A stretch of 63,911 bases of DNA, the filler included, from Octopus bimaculoides (lineage: Eukaryota), in the NCBI RefSeq assembly GCF_001194135.2. It is 7 parts of 6 records of this genome, joined end to end, with 100 filler letters (N's around TTAATTAATTAA, not from the genome) between each part and the next. Parts side by side here need not be neighbours in the genome. Positions count along the whole stretch, not along the records: positions 1 to 28,621 come from NC_068982.1; 6 more parts are not named here. One strand, written 5' to 3'. Position numbers and translations under genes: made by a program. The stretch's first letter is position 1; every line of letters starts with the position of its first letter. Below the pieces are notes generated by a model. That model was not told the origin of the DNA and did no database searches. It was given only the letters and a program-made list of their open reading frames with translations. This document shows, in pieces, positions 1 to 13,377 of this stretch.

Positions 1-2071
1 TTGAACTTAGAACGCATATACGGACGAAATGCCACTAAGCATTTTGCTCATCCAGCTGCTAACGATTTTGCCAGCTCACTGCCTTTGCGCGCAGAATAAC
101 ATTATACTGCAAGAAGGCGGCGAGCTGGTAGAATCGTTTGCATACCGGGCAGAATGCTTAGTAGCATTTCGTTCGAGACTATAGTAAAAGACACTTTCCC
201 AAGGTGCACGCAAGGAGACTAAACCCGGAACCATTTGGTTGGGAAGCAAGCTTCTTTTTTTAAATCAAGTATCTGTTAATCGAAAACCAGCATCTCCGTT
301 TGCTCTTTTTTTTTTTTTTTGAACGGGTTATTCAGCTTCTGTGTTGTGATTTAGCTTCTAATTCATCGATGTCTCCAAGTTTGATGATTAACTACTTGTT
401 TGCATAACGAAACTATTCCAAATTGACTACAAAGTAGATAGTTATAAGGATCAACTAGTAAATAAGCAGTAGCTGATATGACGTCAGAATATTTAGTGTA
501 ATTAGAATTAAGAATGTTAACTAGAAACAAATGCTGCGAGGAAAGAATAGTATTAATCATTGACAAATATTATGTCTTTCAGCAATTGAGGAAAACAAAC
601 TCGGACATGCTTCTCCTTTATTAAATCGCGTAGATTTCTTGATTTAGGCTAATGTGGTAATGAGTAAATGTACAATAATTATACATTTGTAGGAGTAAAA
701 TAAGTTTTATGCGTTTCTTGTTTTGTTCAATCGAGAACAAATCGTAAGTCCTAGCAAAAGATTATAATTTAATGAAGTGTGAGAAACTCGTCTAAAAGCT
801 GATGGTCCCAAGTTTATCCAAAACTTGAACCCAGAACTACTTGTTCAGAACACATAGCTCTTTTCTATATTTGAGTGTGCGCGTGTTCTGTGAGTGCGTA
901 AATTGATGTATATTTTATGTATTTAAATATAAAATATATGTGAATACACAGATACACACAAACACACACACACGCTCGCACGCGCGCGCACACATACGCA
1001 CACAAACACACACAGACACACACGCAAACATTCTACCATTATCCATTCTGCTTGGTCGTCTCCTCTCTCACTTTTATTTACGGTCTTTCCATACATTTTT
1101 CATTTGTTCTCCAACGAAGGGAGCTGGCTGACATGTTAAATTAATTTCTCTATATTGCATGCAAATTTATTCATTTTGTCAATTTTACTATCCGAGTCTG
1201 GCCGAGCCGACTCAAGACCAGCACGAGTTTCTTCTCATTATAGTGTTTTCCTTTAACAAAAGCATTAATCATGTATTCATTGCTAATGCTATTTAGAGTG
1301 GTGGATGCCATCGCCACATGGTTCCAATTTACATCTCTGCCGACTTAGAATTAATCGTCTTAAACACAGTTTTGCAACGGCGATGAAAAAATACGGAAGA
1401 GCCTTTGGCCAGTTAAGCCGACAGCATATTCTTAGCAAGTAGCAGTCCTGTCAGCAATTTCCCTCTAATGAGTTTAACAGCGGAAAACAATTTACGCCGG
1501 TCACAAACTTGGGAGAATGTAAAACTTCATCAGTGAATCAATATCTAGCAAGTGATCCAACAGTTTAATAAACTATGTGAATATTCAATATATTGATTTT
1601 TATACAGGTAAAGGTTTATATGTATAGAAAAGGAAAACTTGGATTGCTTTGCTTTCGTTTCTTTCTCTAAATCTTTAGCGAGTCAGGTGGAATTATTCAA
1701 CCATGAATAGGAATTATTTCGCTGATGCATCTGGGTAGTATTGTATTTTATGGCGCTAACACTACTCGAGGTATCGAAATTTTACACAAACACAAAGCAA
1801 AAGGAAATAATACAGTATTCACGCATGACTACAAAAGTATTAAGCGAGATGCAGATAGGGTCCAATTCAAGGCCTTGTAAAGCGCTCAAGATATCAGTTT
1901 TGGGATCTAATCAAGCATATGCCCGATTAGATTCTAAAACTGACATTTCCTCGTGTTGATCACGTTGTTATCAAGCTACGTTAGTAGCAATTGATATGCG
2001 AACGAGTGAATGGCTCACTCTTGTTGTGAATAGTTTATCAATGAATTGAATTATGTTATGAACACCCACCC

Positions 2072-2128
<57 letters not shown>

Positions 2129-2305
2129 NNNNNNNNNNNNNNNNNNNNNNNNNNNNNNNNNNNNNNNNNNNNNNNNNNNNNNNNNNNNNNNNNNNNNNNN
2201 NNNNNNNNNNNNNNNNNNNNNNNNNNNNNNNNNNNNNNNNNNNNNNNNNNNNNNNNNNNNNNNNNNNNNNNNNNNNNNNNNNNNTATATATATATATATA
2301 TATAT

Positions 2306-3425
2306 CGTCGGCTCCAGCTCGTATCCGAGCATTGGGTTCGTCAGTTTCTATCCACTCTCCTCGGCAGATGTTTGTGCCGAATGTGACTTTGGAGTCCAAG
2401 TCGGTGGTGAAAGAGTTGTGGGCAGAATTCGCACAGAATAGCCGGTGCGGGTCGAGGATGTTGAAGATGCACCTTTCTTCTGCGGTTCACCTCCTCATTC
2501 TGCTGTCTGTTCTGCTCGAATGAGCTGGCTCCATTGCGGATGGCAGTCCTCCAGGCTGTCCTATCCATGGCGATCTGTTCCTATGAGGATGGCTGCATGT
2601 TAGTATGAGCCAGAGTCGGTTTAAGCTGGTCTTTAAAACGGAATTTCGGGCCTCCTCTGAGTCTTGTTCCGATTGCAAGTTCTCCGTAGTGCATGATCCT
2701 CGGAAGACGAGAGGGCTCCATACGCTGGGCGTGACCTGCCCAGCGGAGACGTTGGTAGTGTTGGTAATGTGATCTCCCCATCAAATATTGAGGATCTGTC
2801 GTAGCTTGGATTGCTGGAAGCATTCAAGGCGCTTGAAGTTACGGCGCTACAGTGTCCAAGTCTCAGAAACGTAGAGAAGAGTTGACAGGACAACGGCACG
2901 GAAGACCATGGTCTTTGTCCGGATAGTCATTGCGTTATTGAAGAATACACGTTGGCTGAGTCTACCGAAGGCGGAGTGGGCCGCCCTGATCCGGTTCTCC
3001 AAGTCCTTTTCATACGTGGACGTCTTCGAAAGAATACTACCAAGGTATGAGAAGTGTTCAACATCTGCTATGGGTTGGCCGTTGATGCTAATGTTCGTAG
3101 ATGGACTGTTTTGGCCTGGTGCAGGTTCGAAGCGTTCATAAAGATCAACCGTTCTTTGTAGGCCATCTACAGTCCGGTTCGGGGTGGCATTGTCGTCGGC
3201 ATACTGCATCTTACCGACTGAGAGGGCGGAGGTCCTCGTCTTTGCACGGAGCTGTGCGAAATTGAAAAGTCCGCCATCCAAGCGATAGAGCATGTTGATG
3301 ACAGGCGAGTACACTGGAATTTCGTTGAGCATGGTGGCCATGTACAAAAAGAAATATGTTGGTGCCAGGACGCAGCCTTGCTTAAGACTCCCCAGAGATA
3401 GGAAACGGGTCTGTGAGGGCATTTT
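2306..3425 (-). mobile_element. 5'-truncated RTE-clade LINE (RT domain plus C-terminal C2H2-like finger), frameshifted
   Basis: ORFs 2847..3491, 2581..2823 and 2341..2568 give KQGCVLAPT, YADD, RLRWAGH..RM..SRLP...YGEL and CEFCPQLFHHRLGLQSHIRHKH. The 3' end runs into (TA)n. Confidence 0.9.
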
Positions 3426-3447
3426 GATGGCATACCCTAAATATATA

Positions 3448-3817
3448 GGCGCAGGCGTGGCTGTGTGGTAAGGAGCTTGCTTTCCAACCACATGGTTCCG
3501 GGTTCAGTCCCAGTGCGTGGCACCTTAGGCAAATGTTGTCTACAATAGCCTCGGGCCGACCAAAGCCTTGTGAGTGGATTTGGTAGACGGAAACTGAAAG
3601 AACCCCGTCGTGTCTGCGTTTGTCCCTACCACATCATTTGACAACCGATGTTGGTGTGTTTATGCCCCCATAATTTAGCGGTTCGGCTGAAGTGACCGAT
3701 AGAATAAGTACCAGGCTTGCAAAGAATAAGTCCAGGGGGTGATTTCTTCGACTAAAAGGTGTGGCTCCAGCATGGCCTCAGTCAAATGACTGAAACATGT
3801 TAAAGAATAAAAGAATA
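3448..3817 (+). mobile_element. tRNA-derived SINE family 1 (octopus OK-like), near full length
   Basis: A box TGGCTGTGTGG and B box GGTTCAGTCCC, then a body and the tail GCTCCAGCATGGCC.CAGTCAAATGACTGAAAA-like. More than ten copies in the window. Family name from memory. Confidence 0.85.
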
Positions 3818-4784
3818 TNNNNNNNNNNNNNNNNNNNNNNNNNNNNNNNNNNNNNNNNNNNNNNNNNNNNNNNNNNNNNNNNNNNNNNNNNNNNNNNNNN
3901 NNNNNNNNNNNNNNNNNNNNNNNNNNNNNNNNNNNNNNNNNNNNNNNNNNNNNNNNNNNNNNNNNNNNNNNNNNNNNNNNNNNNNNNNNNNNNNNNNNNN
4001 NNNNNNNNNNNNNNNNNNNNNNNNNNNNNNNNNNNNNNNNNNNNNNNNNNNNNNNNNNNNNNNNNNNNNNNNNNNNNNNNNNNNNNNNNNNNNNNNNNNN
4101 NNNNNNNNNNNNNNNNNNNNNNNNNNNNNNNNNNNNNNNNNNNNNNNNNNNNNNNNNNNNNNNNNNNNNNNNNNNNNNNNNNNNNNNNNNNNNNNNNNNN
4201 NNNNNNNNNNNNNNNNNNNNNNNNNNNNNNNNNNNNNNNNNNNNNNNNNNNNNNNNNNNNNNNNNNNNNNNNNNNNNNNNNNNNNNNNNNNNNNNNNNNN
4301 NNNNNNNNNNNNNNNNNNNNNNNNNNNNNNNNNNNNNNNNNNNNNNNNNNNNNNNNNNNNNNNNNNNNNNNNNNNNNNNNNNNNNNNNNNNNNNNNNNNN
4401 NNNNNNNNNNNNNNNNNNNNNNNNNNNNNNNNNNNNNNNNNNNNNNNNNNNNNNNNNNNNNNNNNNNNNNNNNNNNNNNNNNNNNNNNNNNNNNNNNNNN
4501 NNNNNNNNNNNNNNNNNNNNNNNNNNNNNNNNNNNNNNNNNNNNNNNNNNNNNNNNNNNNNNNNNNNNNNNNNNNNNNNNNNNNNNNNNNNNNNNNNNNN
4601 NNNNNNNNNNNNNNNNNNNNNNNNNNNNNNNNNATATAATTAAAATTAAATAACAGGGGTAGAAATTGATATTAATCAATTAAAACCAGTGGCTTAGCAT
4701 ATTTAAAAAATCCGAAGTTTAAAAATTATATTACATACAAAATTAAGAGGAATGACCACCGGCCATTCCCCTTAATATATATGG

Positions 4785-5650
<866 letters not shown>

Positions 5651-5785
5651 TGTTAAAGAAAGAACGAAAATAATAAATTGACTTTAAAACTAAACATGAA
5701 ATAACTACATGCACAAACTCTCACGTTAAGGAATTATTGGTAATCTCCTATTTATAACTGTTTTTAATATTATGAGCGTAAGAAA

Positions 5786-6000
5786 AGTGGCGAGCTAGCA
5801 GATTCGTTAGCTCGCCGGGCAAAATACTTAGCAGCATTTCGTTCGTCTTTTCTTTCTGATTTCGAGTGCCGCCGAGGTCAGCTGTGCCTTTCATCCTTTC
5901 GGAGTCGATAAAATAAGTGCCAGTTGAGCACTGGGGTCGACGTAACCGACTTAGTCCCAACCCCGAAATTCCTGGCCTTGTCTCAAATTTTGAAACAAAT
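5786..6000 (+). mobile_element. SINE family 2 (central domain resembles the Nin/Deu SINE domain)
   Basis: ggcgagctagcagattcgttag...gccgaggtcagctgtgcctttcatcctttcggagtcgataaaataagtgccag. Many copies in the window. Domain name from memory. Confidence 0.8.
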
Positions 6001-6004
6001 ATTA

Positions 6005-6180
6005 TAGGCACAAGATCTGAAATTTGGAGGCAGGTGTTAGCGATTAATGCTTAACTGGAATTAAATTTCATCTGAATGGCAAATCTGACCTCAGCAACAT
6101 TTGAACTCAAAATGCAAAGAAGCGGAAGAAGTACCGCAAAGCAGTGTACTCGATGCTCTAACAATTCCGCTAGCCGTTTT
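6005..6180 (-). mobile_element. SINE family 2, diverged, tail-to-tail with the 5786 copy
   Basis: ataggcacaag...tgacctcagcaacatttgaactcaaaatg...ctaacaattccgctagcc. Confidence 0.65.
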
Positions 6181-6242
6181 ATTTATAATATAACGATAAA
6201 CTGATGCGAGGTCATACAATTCTATATTTCTGAGATGTGGAA

Positions 6243-6415
6243 CTTATATTATATATACTGTTTACATTAGTCGGAGATGTGTTCATTTTGATACTTGCTT
6301 TCACTACGTTTCGGCTATTGTACGCTCCAACCTCCTCCCCGCGTCTTTGCTTCACTTTAATGCCTTGCCTAGGATTGAACTCAGAACGTCTTGATGACTG
6401 CATTTCATTAACCAA
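6243..6415 (-). mobile_element. Short element with B-box-like head and hammerhead-like core, copy A
   Basis: Minus strand: gttctgagttcaatcc...aagacgcggggaggaggttggagcgtacaatagccgaaacgtagtg...tccgactaatgtaaac. Homologous to 31740-31955 and 32120-32245. Confidence 0.6.
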
Positions 6416-7849
6416 ATTCACCCTTAGTACGAGGTTAGTTTAATAGGCTCACCCTGAAACCATTCCCTTTACCTCCGTTTATCCTTTCTCTAAACACATT
6501 CAGTACAACATCAACTAACAATTACAAAAGGTAATGAATTGCTAGCCAGAATGTTTTGAGTGAAATCCTTTTTTTGCTTCGATCTTTAGACGATAATAAT
6601 CTGTAATTTTGGTGCTAGTAGATGACTGGTGTAAAGTCGATATGAAGTCCTATATCATACTTTGACAGAAAGTACAAGCAGAAAACACACAGACAAAATG
6701 ACGCCTGACAAATGTGATCAGACACAAGCAGTTACTCCAGAAGTATCATATAAGTAACACCCAAAATACTACTGATTTCAATGACATTAATCTACCAGTT
6801 TGGTTATACAAATTGTACAATATTAAAACTACAACTTTTGAATATAATAAACTTGGGATATATAAATCATGTATGAAGTATTCAATATTAGCCACTTAAA
6901 CATAGCTAATTTATGAATATATCATTTAGCTCAATAGGCACCGATTGTTATAATAGCCACCAATGACATTATGAATCACCTTCTACATAAACAATACAAT
7001 ACCAAATATCATGTGCTTTAAAGTTCCATCATAACATTTTCATCGAGTCTTCTTTTAATAAAGTAAAGAAATCAATTGACGAAATTGTGATATGTGTTTA
7101 ATTTGATATGGAAGCATCATAGTAAAAGTGGACAGCAAATAATCTAAAAACGATTTGTCAACAAAACTAGCAATATCCATTGGTAGGTGATATTTTCAAA
7201 ATCGAGATAGATATTTACCGTGACACTTAACTTCAACTCAGATGACAAATACACTTTCACATTTTTGTTCACTATCTAAAATGTATGACGTGTCTGATTA
7301 GTTGTCATTGGATTTCGTTCATTGCATGAGTACAACTGCGTAGCTTATATCAATTCTAAGTGATGCTGGTTACACAGCATTCGACAACGTGTATTCCAGT
7401 CTATAATATATAGTAAAGTATACCATCAAGGTACACTATGGTCTCGCTTCCGGTACTCCGTAACTCAAACAACTGCTAAATTGTTGATTATGGGCAATAG
7501 GATGTACACACAAATCACCATATTAATACACACAATATACATATATATCCATTTTTTTCTGTTGGATTTTACATGTGAACAAAAATGGCTGAGAGAAAAT
7601 ACCCCTCGGGGCGTTCTTTATACTAAACACAGATAAATTAGAGTTTCAAATACGTAATATAAGAAAAGGGAAGTCATGTGAGAATATCATTGCATTTAGT
7701 AGGTAGAAATTTCCCATTGGGTGTAATGAAGACAGAAAGAGGATAGCTCTAATAAAATCAATGAGCTGAAATGCTTGAAGATAGAGAAACTGCAGTAAAG
7801 GAATAGAATTTTCCTTTAAAACGTGTAAGTGGAAATTCTTACTATACGG

Positions 7850-8330
7850 TTTTTGTACATTTACAGATAATATCGAACTGTCTTACACAGGGACTTGTTT
7901 TTAGGAATTCCCAATAAGTTAGGAATACCCAAATTGTGAAGTCAGTTATGTAATGACATGAAATGAGTTACCCGATAGTTAGAATTCAAATAAAGTAGCC
8001 CCGAAAAAATAAACATACTCAATTTCATTTTTACCAAATAATTTAGGAAAATGAATGGGTTATTTCCCTTGACTATATATAAGGATCCCTTCCAGGGGAG
8101 AATGGGTTATTTCCCTTGGTTTTTAAAATAGAATACATTAGATGTATATAAGGATCCCTTCCAGTGGCCCTATTATCGATTTTTCAACAATCTGAGTATG
8201 CCACGAGGTTTCCAGACATGAGTTCTACTCATGTGTCAAGTTTCATCAAAATCGATAAAACGATGTAGGAGGAGTTAGCTAACAACACCACAAACACACC
8301 CACAGACAGAATTTCCCACATTGCTGTGCG
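7850..8330 (+). mobile_element. Possible non-autonomous Helitron-like repeat
   Basis: tgtgtcaagtttcatcaaaatcgataaaacgatgtaggaggagttagctaacaa...acagacag resembles the 3' block of invertebrate non-autonomous Helitron-like elements (from memory). Contains an internal duplication. Confidence 0.3.
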
Positions 8331-8403
8331 GACAATACTGGACTGACTTGATGCCTCAACTTAAATAACTAATTCAAATGAATCTTAATTATTTCTTTTA
8401 TAA

Positions 8404-8451
<48 letters not shown>

Positions 8452-8591
8452 NNNNNNNNNNNNNNNNNNNNNNNNNNNNNNNNNNNNNNNNNNNNNNNNN
8501 NNNNNNNNNNNNNNNNNNNNNNNNNNNNNNNNNNNNNNNNNNNNNNNNNNNNNNNNNNNNNNNNNNNNNNNNNNNNNNNNNNNNNNNNNNN

Positions 8592-8641
<50 letters not shown>

Positions 8642-9217
8642 GTCGTAGTGAGATTTTTGCAATCATTTGCCATATGTCACATCGTACGCTATATTTCTAG
8701 TGTTAAGATATACCTTTGAATTTTTTGCATACTATGCAATTTTGTTGCTGATACAAGTGGCCCTTTTGAAATGGTATATCTTACCTATGATCAAATAGAT
8801 CTGCCTAACTTTTCCACTACTTAGATTTTAAGGTTTTTTTTCGCTTAATGCCTTCCTAAATTTATAGGCGGGTTAACTTTTGAGGATAGCCTTAATAAAT
8901 ATTACTGTTTAGAATTTGTCATTAATATACCATAAGTCTGCCTTTATAATCTATTTCTGTCTTTCTCCAATACTTACACCAGATTCCATTTTTATTACTT
9001 CTGATAATGTTTTCTGACTTTCCTTTGGCTTCTTTGTACATCAAAAGGATATACAACCAAACGAACAGAATCAGGGTCTACAAAGGAGCCAAGAAAAAAT
9101 TAAAGAAGTTTATCCACATATCTACCACACGCTGTTCTCTTACATATATCTATACACACACAGATACGCGCACGAACACACACATACATAGACATATAGG
9201 TGTAAAAATATATATAG

Positions 9218-9290
<73 letters not shown>

Positions 9291-11243
9291 TGCGCATACG
9301 TTTATAAGGTGATTTGACAGTACTGTTAGAGCAATGTAGAGAATTGAATTTTTCGCGGCATTTGTTCTGTTACTCTGCTTCTAGAGATTCAATTCCACCC
9401 ATATTAGTTTGCATCTGTTTCGGCCGTAATATATGTGTGTGTATGTGTGTTTGTGTTAGTATTGAAAGGAAAGAATACGCACTCTTCACCGGGAAGGTAT
9501 GTAAACACTTATTTTTAATAGAATCTGTTTTAACTTTCTGGAACTTGAACTTTCATGCTTATCAAAATCAACAATTTTTGTAACCAGAATTCAAATCACA
9601 AATGATACTCGACCATCTTTCGTAACATAAAATTTCGCTTTTCAGTAAGAGGGCTTTTCATGTTTCATGTAATGAATATCATCATCTAATATTTTACCAT
9701 TGCTACAAACCTGGCAAAAGACCTGTTATCATCACAATTCTTTACAGAACATCGTTGCAGTAATCAAGTAGTAGAAAACAACTGAAACTCAACACATGGA
9801 ATTATTAACAAATGCAGAATTACAAGTCAAGAGACTGGGGTCAGCTATCTGAGAACTGTGAAATTGTATTGAATCATTATGTTACCGGTTTGTGGAACTG
9901 TAGAAGTTTGCTAAGTATTTCAGGGGTTCTCTGTTTAAGGTACCTTTGCGAACATAAACACACAATTACATGTACATACAGAGTGCACACCGGCACAGCA
10001 GTGAAGCGTACACACTTGTGTATGAAAGTGAGATGCATATTCACTACCTGACAGCAACTTCATCTTAATACAGGTATCAGCATACTCATATGTGCACGCT
10101 TCAGACAATTCAGATATCTACAAAACCCAGAGCTGTATTGATTTAAACAAAAAGTATTGTCGTTTTATTAGTAACGGTTTCAATTTTGAAAAGAAAAGCT
10201 GAAATAAATCCCAATGACATACAGAGGCTGACTGATGATAAAGTCATTTTACTTTTTCTTGAATTTCTTTTGAAAACAAGTTAATAATGTACTTTTGTTC
10301 ACTTTTTGTAAAAAAGAAAACTATCTCTACGTATGTATATGCATATGTATGCATTACGGTTGTAACATATTTGATGTTGCAGTCAAATATCCCTATTTTT
10401 TTTGTCATAACGTCTGTGTGAATTCTGGTTGATGTCTGCTAAAGGTCTGACATAAACATCATTATAAATGCATTCAACAACCTTAGTTAATCTGTATAAT
10501 CGTAGAAAACTTGGTAATTTGCTTAGATGTAAATTATGTTTACACGCGTAAATTATTTCGACTTACTAAAATCAATGTTAACATAATTCCCGAAGAAAAT
10601 GTTATTGGCGCAGGCACGTCTGTGTAGTTAAGTTGATCAACTCGCAGCCATGTCACTCCTGGTTTGATCACGTTGTGCGACAATTTGTGTAATTTTGGTC
10701 AAACAAAAATTAGTTTGTGAAATATTGTAGTTAGAGTATGTGTGGAAGCCCATCTGAAAGTCTATTTCAGTTTATAGGTGTGACCTAACTTGTCCAACTG
10801 TTTTAGACTCTTATTTCGCTCTTGTGTATTTTTAGATTGTCTGGATTATTGTATAGATTCGAATTAGGATGTGTCCGGTGTAAGGAAAACTCTCCTTTTC
10901 TTCCCACCAGATATCAAATCCAAGAAAATATCTAGTACCTTTTCTTCTCTGAATACGCTAAAGTTATGGAAGAATTAGTTCATAAAAATGACACAAGATG
11001 GTGGTCAACAACAGTCATTATCAAACTGAAGCCATTTTTGAACTTGACTTCAATTTGGACTAACATGCAACTTTATCTAGGAGTATTTTTCCCTAAACAT
11101 AAATACAACATAAATACAACAAAAATTTTTGAGTACGTATTAATTATAGAAACATTTCCAGAATGTTTACTGAATATTCGATCAGTGTTAATAATTATTC
11201 ACTTGTATGAATACACATATACATGTATACGCAGGCACGCACT

Positions 11244-11317
<74 letters not shown>

Positions 11318-11364
11318 CATACACACATATATATGTATACACATATACATATAAAAATTATTTT

Positions 11365-12570
11365 AATTATTTTAAAATGCTTCAGCTTCAAAGCTGCGGT
11401 CATGCTGGGGCGCTACGGTTGACTGAGCTACACCATTATTTGAAACCTCCTCTTGATATGTGGCATTTGGTCAATGAGAGAGTTTGACGCTGCTACTCTC
11501 ATCTGTGTTTCCTGCTGTGAGGTAGGCTCGTCTGGAACCCTTGACCGGAATAGATCCAGTTTTGTTTTAAAGATACTTACATCCACACCATGCAGGTCTC
11601 TCAGGCATTTTGGAAGGATATTAAAGAGCTGTGGGCCCTTGAAGCCCAAGCTGTTGCAGCATCTGGTTTTGCATTTTGATGGCGATACTGAGATCTTTGG
11701 CACTATGCAGTGGCACCCCGTTCGGCAGTTTGAGTAACTTTCAATGCCAAAGTTTGGTACAAGGCCTTCTAGGATTTTCCAGATGCATATCACTCCAAAT
11801 CTCTCCCGCGTTCGTTCCATGGAGAAGAGTTATAATTCTTTCAGTCTTTCCCAGTAGCCGATACGTTGCATCGAGACGATTTTTTTAGTGGAGCTTCGTT
11901 GGATTGCTTCGAGTTCCGCCGTGGATTGTATACTGTGTGGTGAACATAACTGGGAGCAGTAGTCCAAGCGGCTGAGAACGTATGCTCTCCAAACGATCAT
12001 CAATGTCTCCCTTTCTCTTGCTTTGAAAGTTCAGAGGATCCATCCAGCTAGCCGTCTGCATTTTATTACCAAATTGGTAATATGCATTTGAAAAGATGTA
12101 TCATTGCTCATGTCAATGCCCAGGTCACGCACTGGTTTTGATTCAGGGATTTCAGTTCCTCCTGGACCAGTATATCCTGTCTGCATGACGTTTAGCCTTG
12201 TGTGTTGGTAGCGTAGGGCCTTGAATTTTCCTGCATTAAACTGCATGTTGTTGTTCTCAGCCCACCTGTATATTGCGTCCAACTCCCGTTACAGATGTGC
12301 AATATTTCCAGGATTTTGTATTGTTTGAGAGACTTTTGTGTCATCTGCATAGCTAGCAAGGGTGGCTATCTGAGCAGCTGAGGGCATGTCTAAGAAGGCC
12401 ACTACGAATAGCAATGGCCCCAAGACAGTTGTGCAGCCATTCTCCAAGTTTTCCGCCTATGCCGAGATCACACAGTTTGTGACATATCATACCATGGTCA
12501 ACTTTATCAAAGGCTCTTTCAAAATCGAGATATATCACGTCCACGATTGCGTCATTCAGCAGCTGTACTA
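11365..12570 (-). mobile_element. CR1-like LINE, RT domain to 3' tail, degenerate
   Basis: Motifs DVIYLDFERAFDKVDH, TVLGPLLF..YADDTK, W...N.MQFN..KF and GPQLFNILPK...FKTKLD...VPDEP, with frameshifts and an internal deletion. Confidence 0.85.
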
Positions 12571-12674
12571 GCTATCATAAGAGTCCATTGCGACGCCAAA
12601 TAAGTCTACAAGATCAGTAAGGTTTTATTCGCCTACATTGGTACAGAGGCCAACAAAGAAATACAAAGGGCAAC

Positions 12675-13377
12675 AAAGAAATATTCGCGAGAAGAATAAA
12701 ATCGATTTTTGATAAGTTATTGCCAGAGATAAAAAGATGTAAAGGAAATACGAAAGATGCAACAAAATATTTCGAAGTAGGAGATAAAGTGCATTTTAAA
12801 ACCTACAGGGATGATAAAGAAGTCTGGGAGGGTGGCCTTGTATCCAAACAAATAAGAAGTATAATGTATCTAATTAAAGGACCATGCTGGGAACATAAGA
12901 GACACGTAAATCAGCTAAAGAAGAGACATACTGAAGAACGGAAAGAAATTCTTATGGAAGTATTTTTGATGTATTCGGTGTACCAGCACCGAAAGTAATG
13001 TAGTCCCGTAGAACCAGCATGAGAAAATGGAAGCAAACCGAACATCTTGGGATAAGGCCCAAGCGAAAAAGATACTAAAAAAAAATAACAATAATAATAA
13101 ATAAAATTTCTTTATTCTTCGGAATTCGAAATCTCAAAAGGGGAGATGTGGCGAGAGTATGATACTCTCTGACGAAAATAAATGGGACCACTACACGTAA
13201 ATAGTAGCGGTCTAACGTAGTCGGGAGTTCGTATTTTGGTCTTTGAAGACCGGGTACAGTTTACACTTCGAGTTGGTGCGTTGGAAATATTGATTGTTGG
13301 TTCGTAAATGATTGTTGGTTCGTTACGTGTTTGTTGCTGCCGCTGTTTCTATTTTGTATTGTTATAACACTGTTACA
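12675..13377 (+). mobile_element. 3' end of a Ty3/Gypsy LTR retrotransposon: integrase C-terminus, polypurine tract and 3' LTR
   Basis: Translation FARRIKSIFDKLLP...FEVGDKVHFKTY...W..G.V......YLIKG....KRHVNQLK. PPT aaaaggggaga at 13136-13146 is immediately followed by TGTGG at 13147. Candidate LTR ends are TAACA at 13369 or TTACA at 13377. Confidence 0.8.

Noticed and set aside
10966-11487. 173-aa ORF
   Set aside because: It runs through (CA)n/(TA)n into the LINE tail, with no domain and no splice context.
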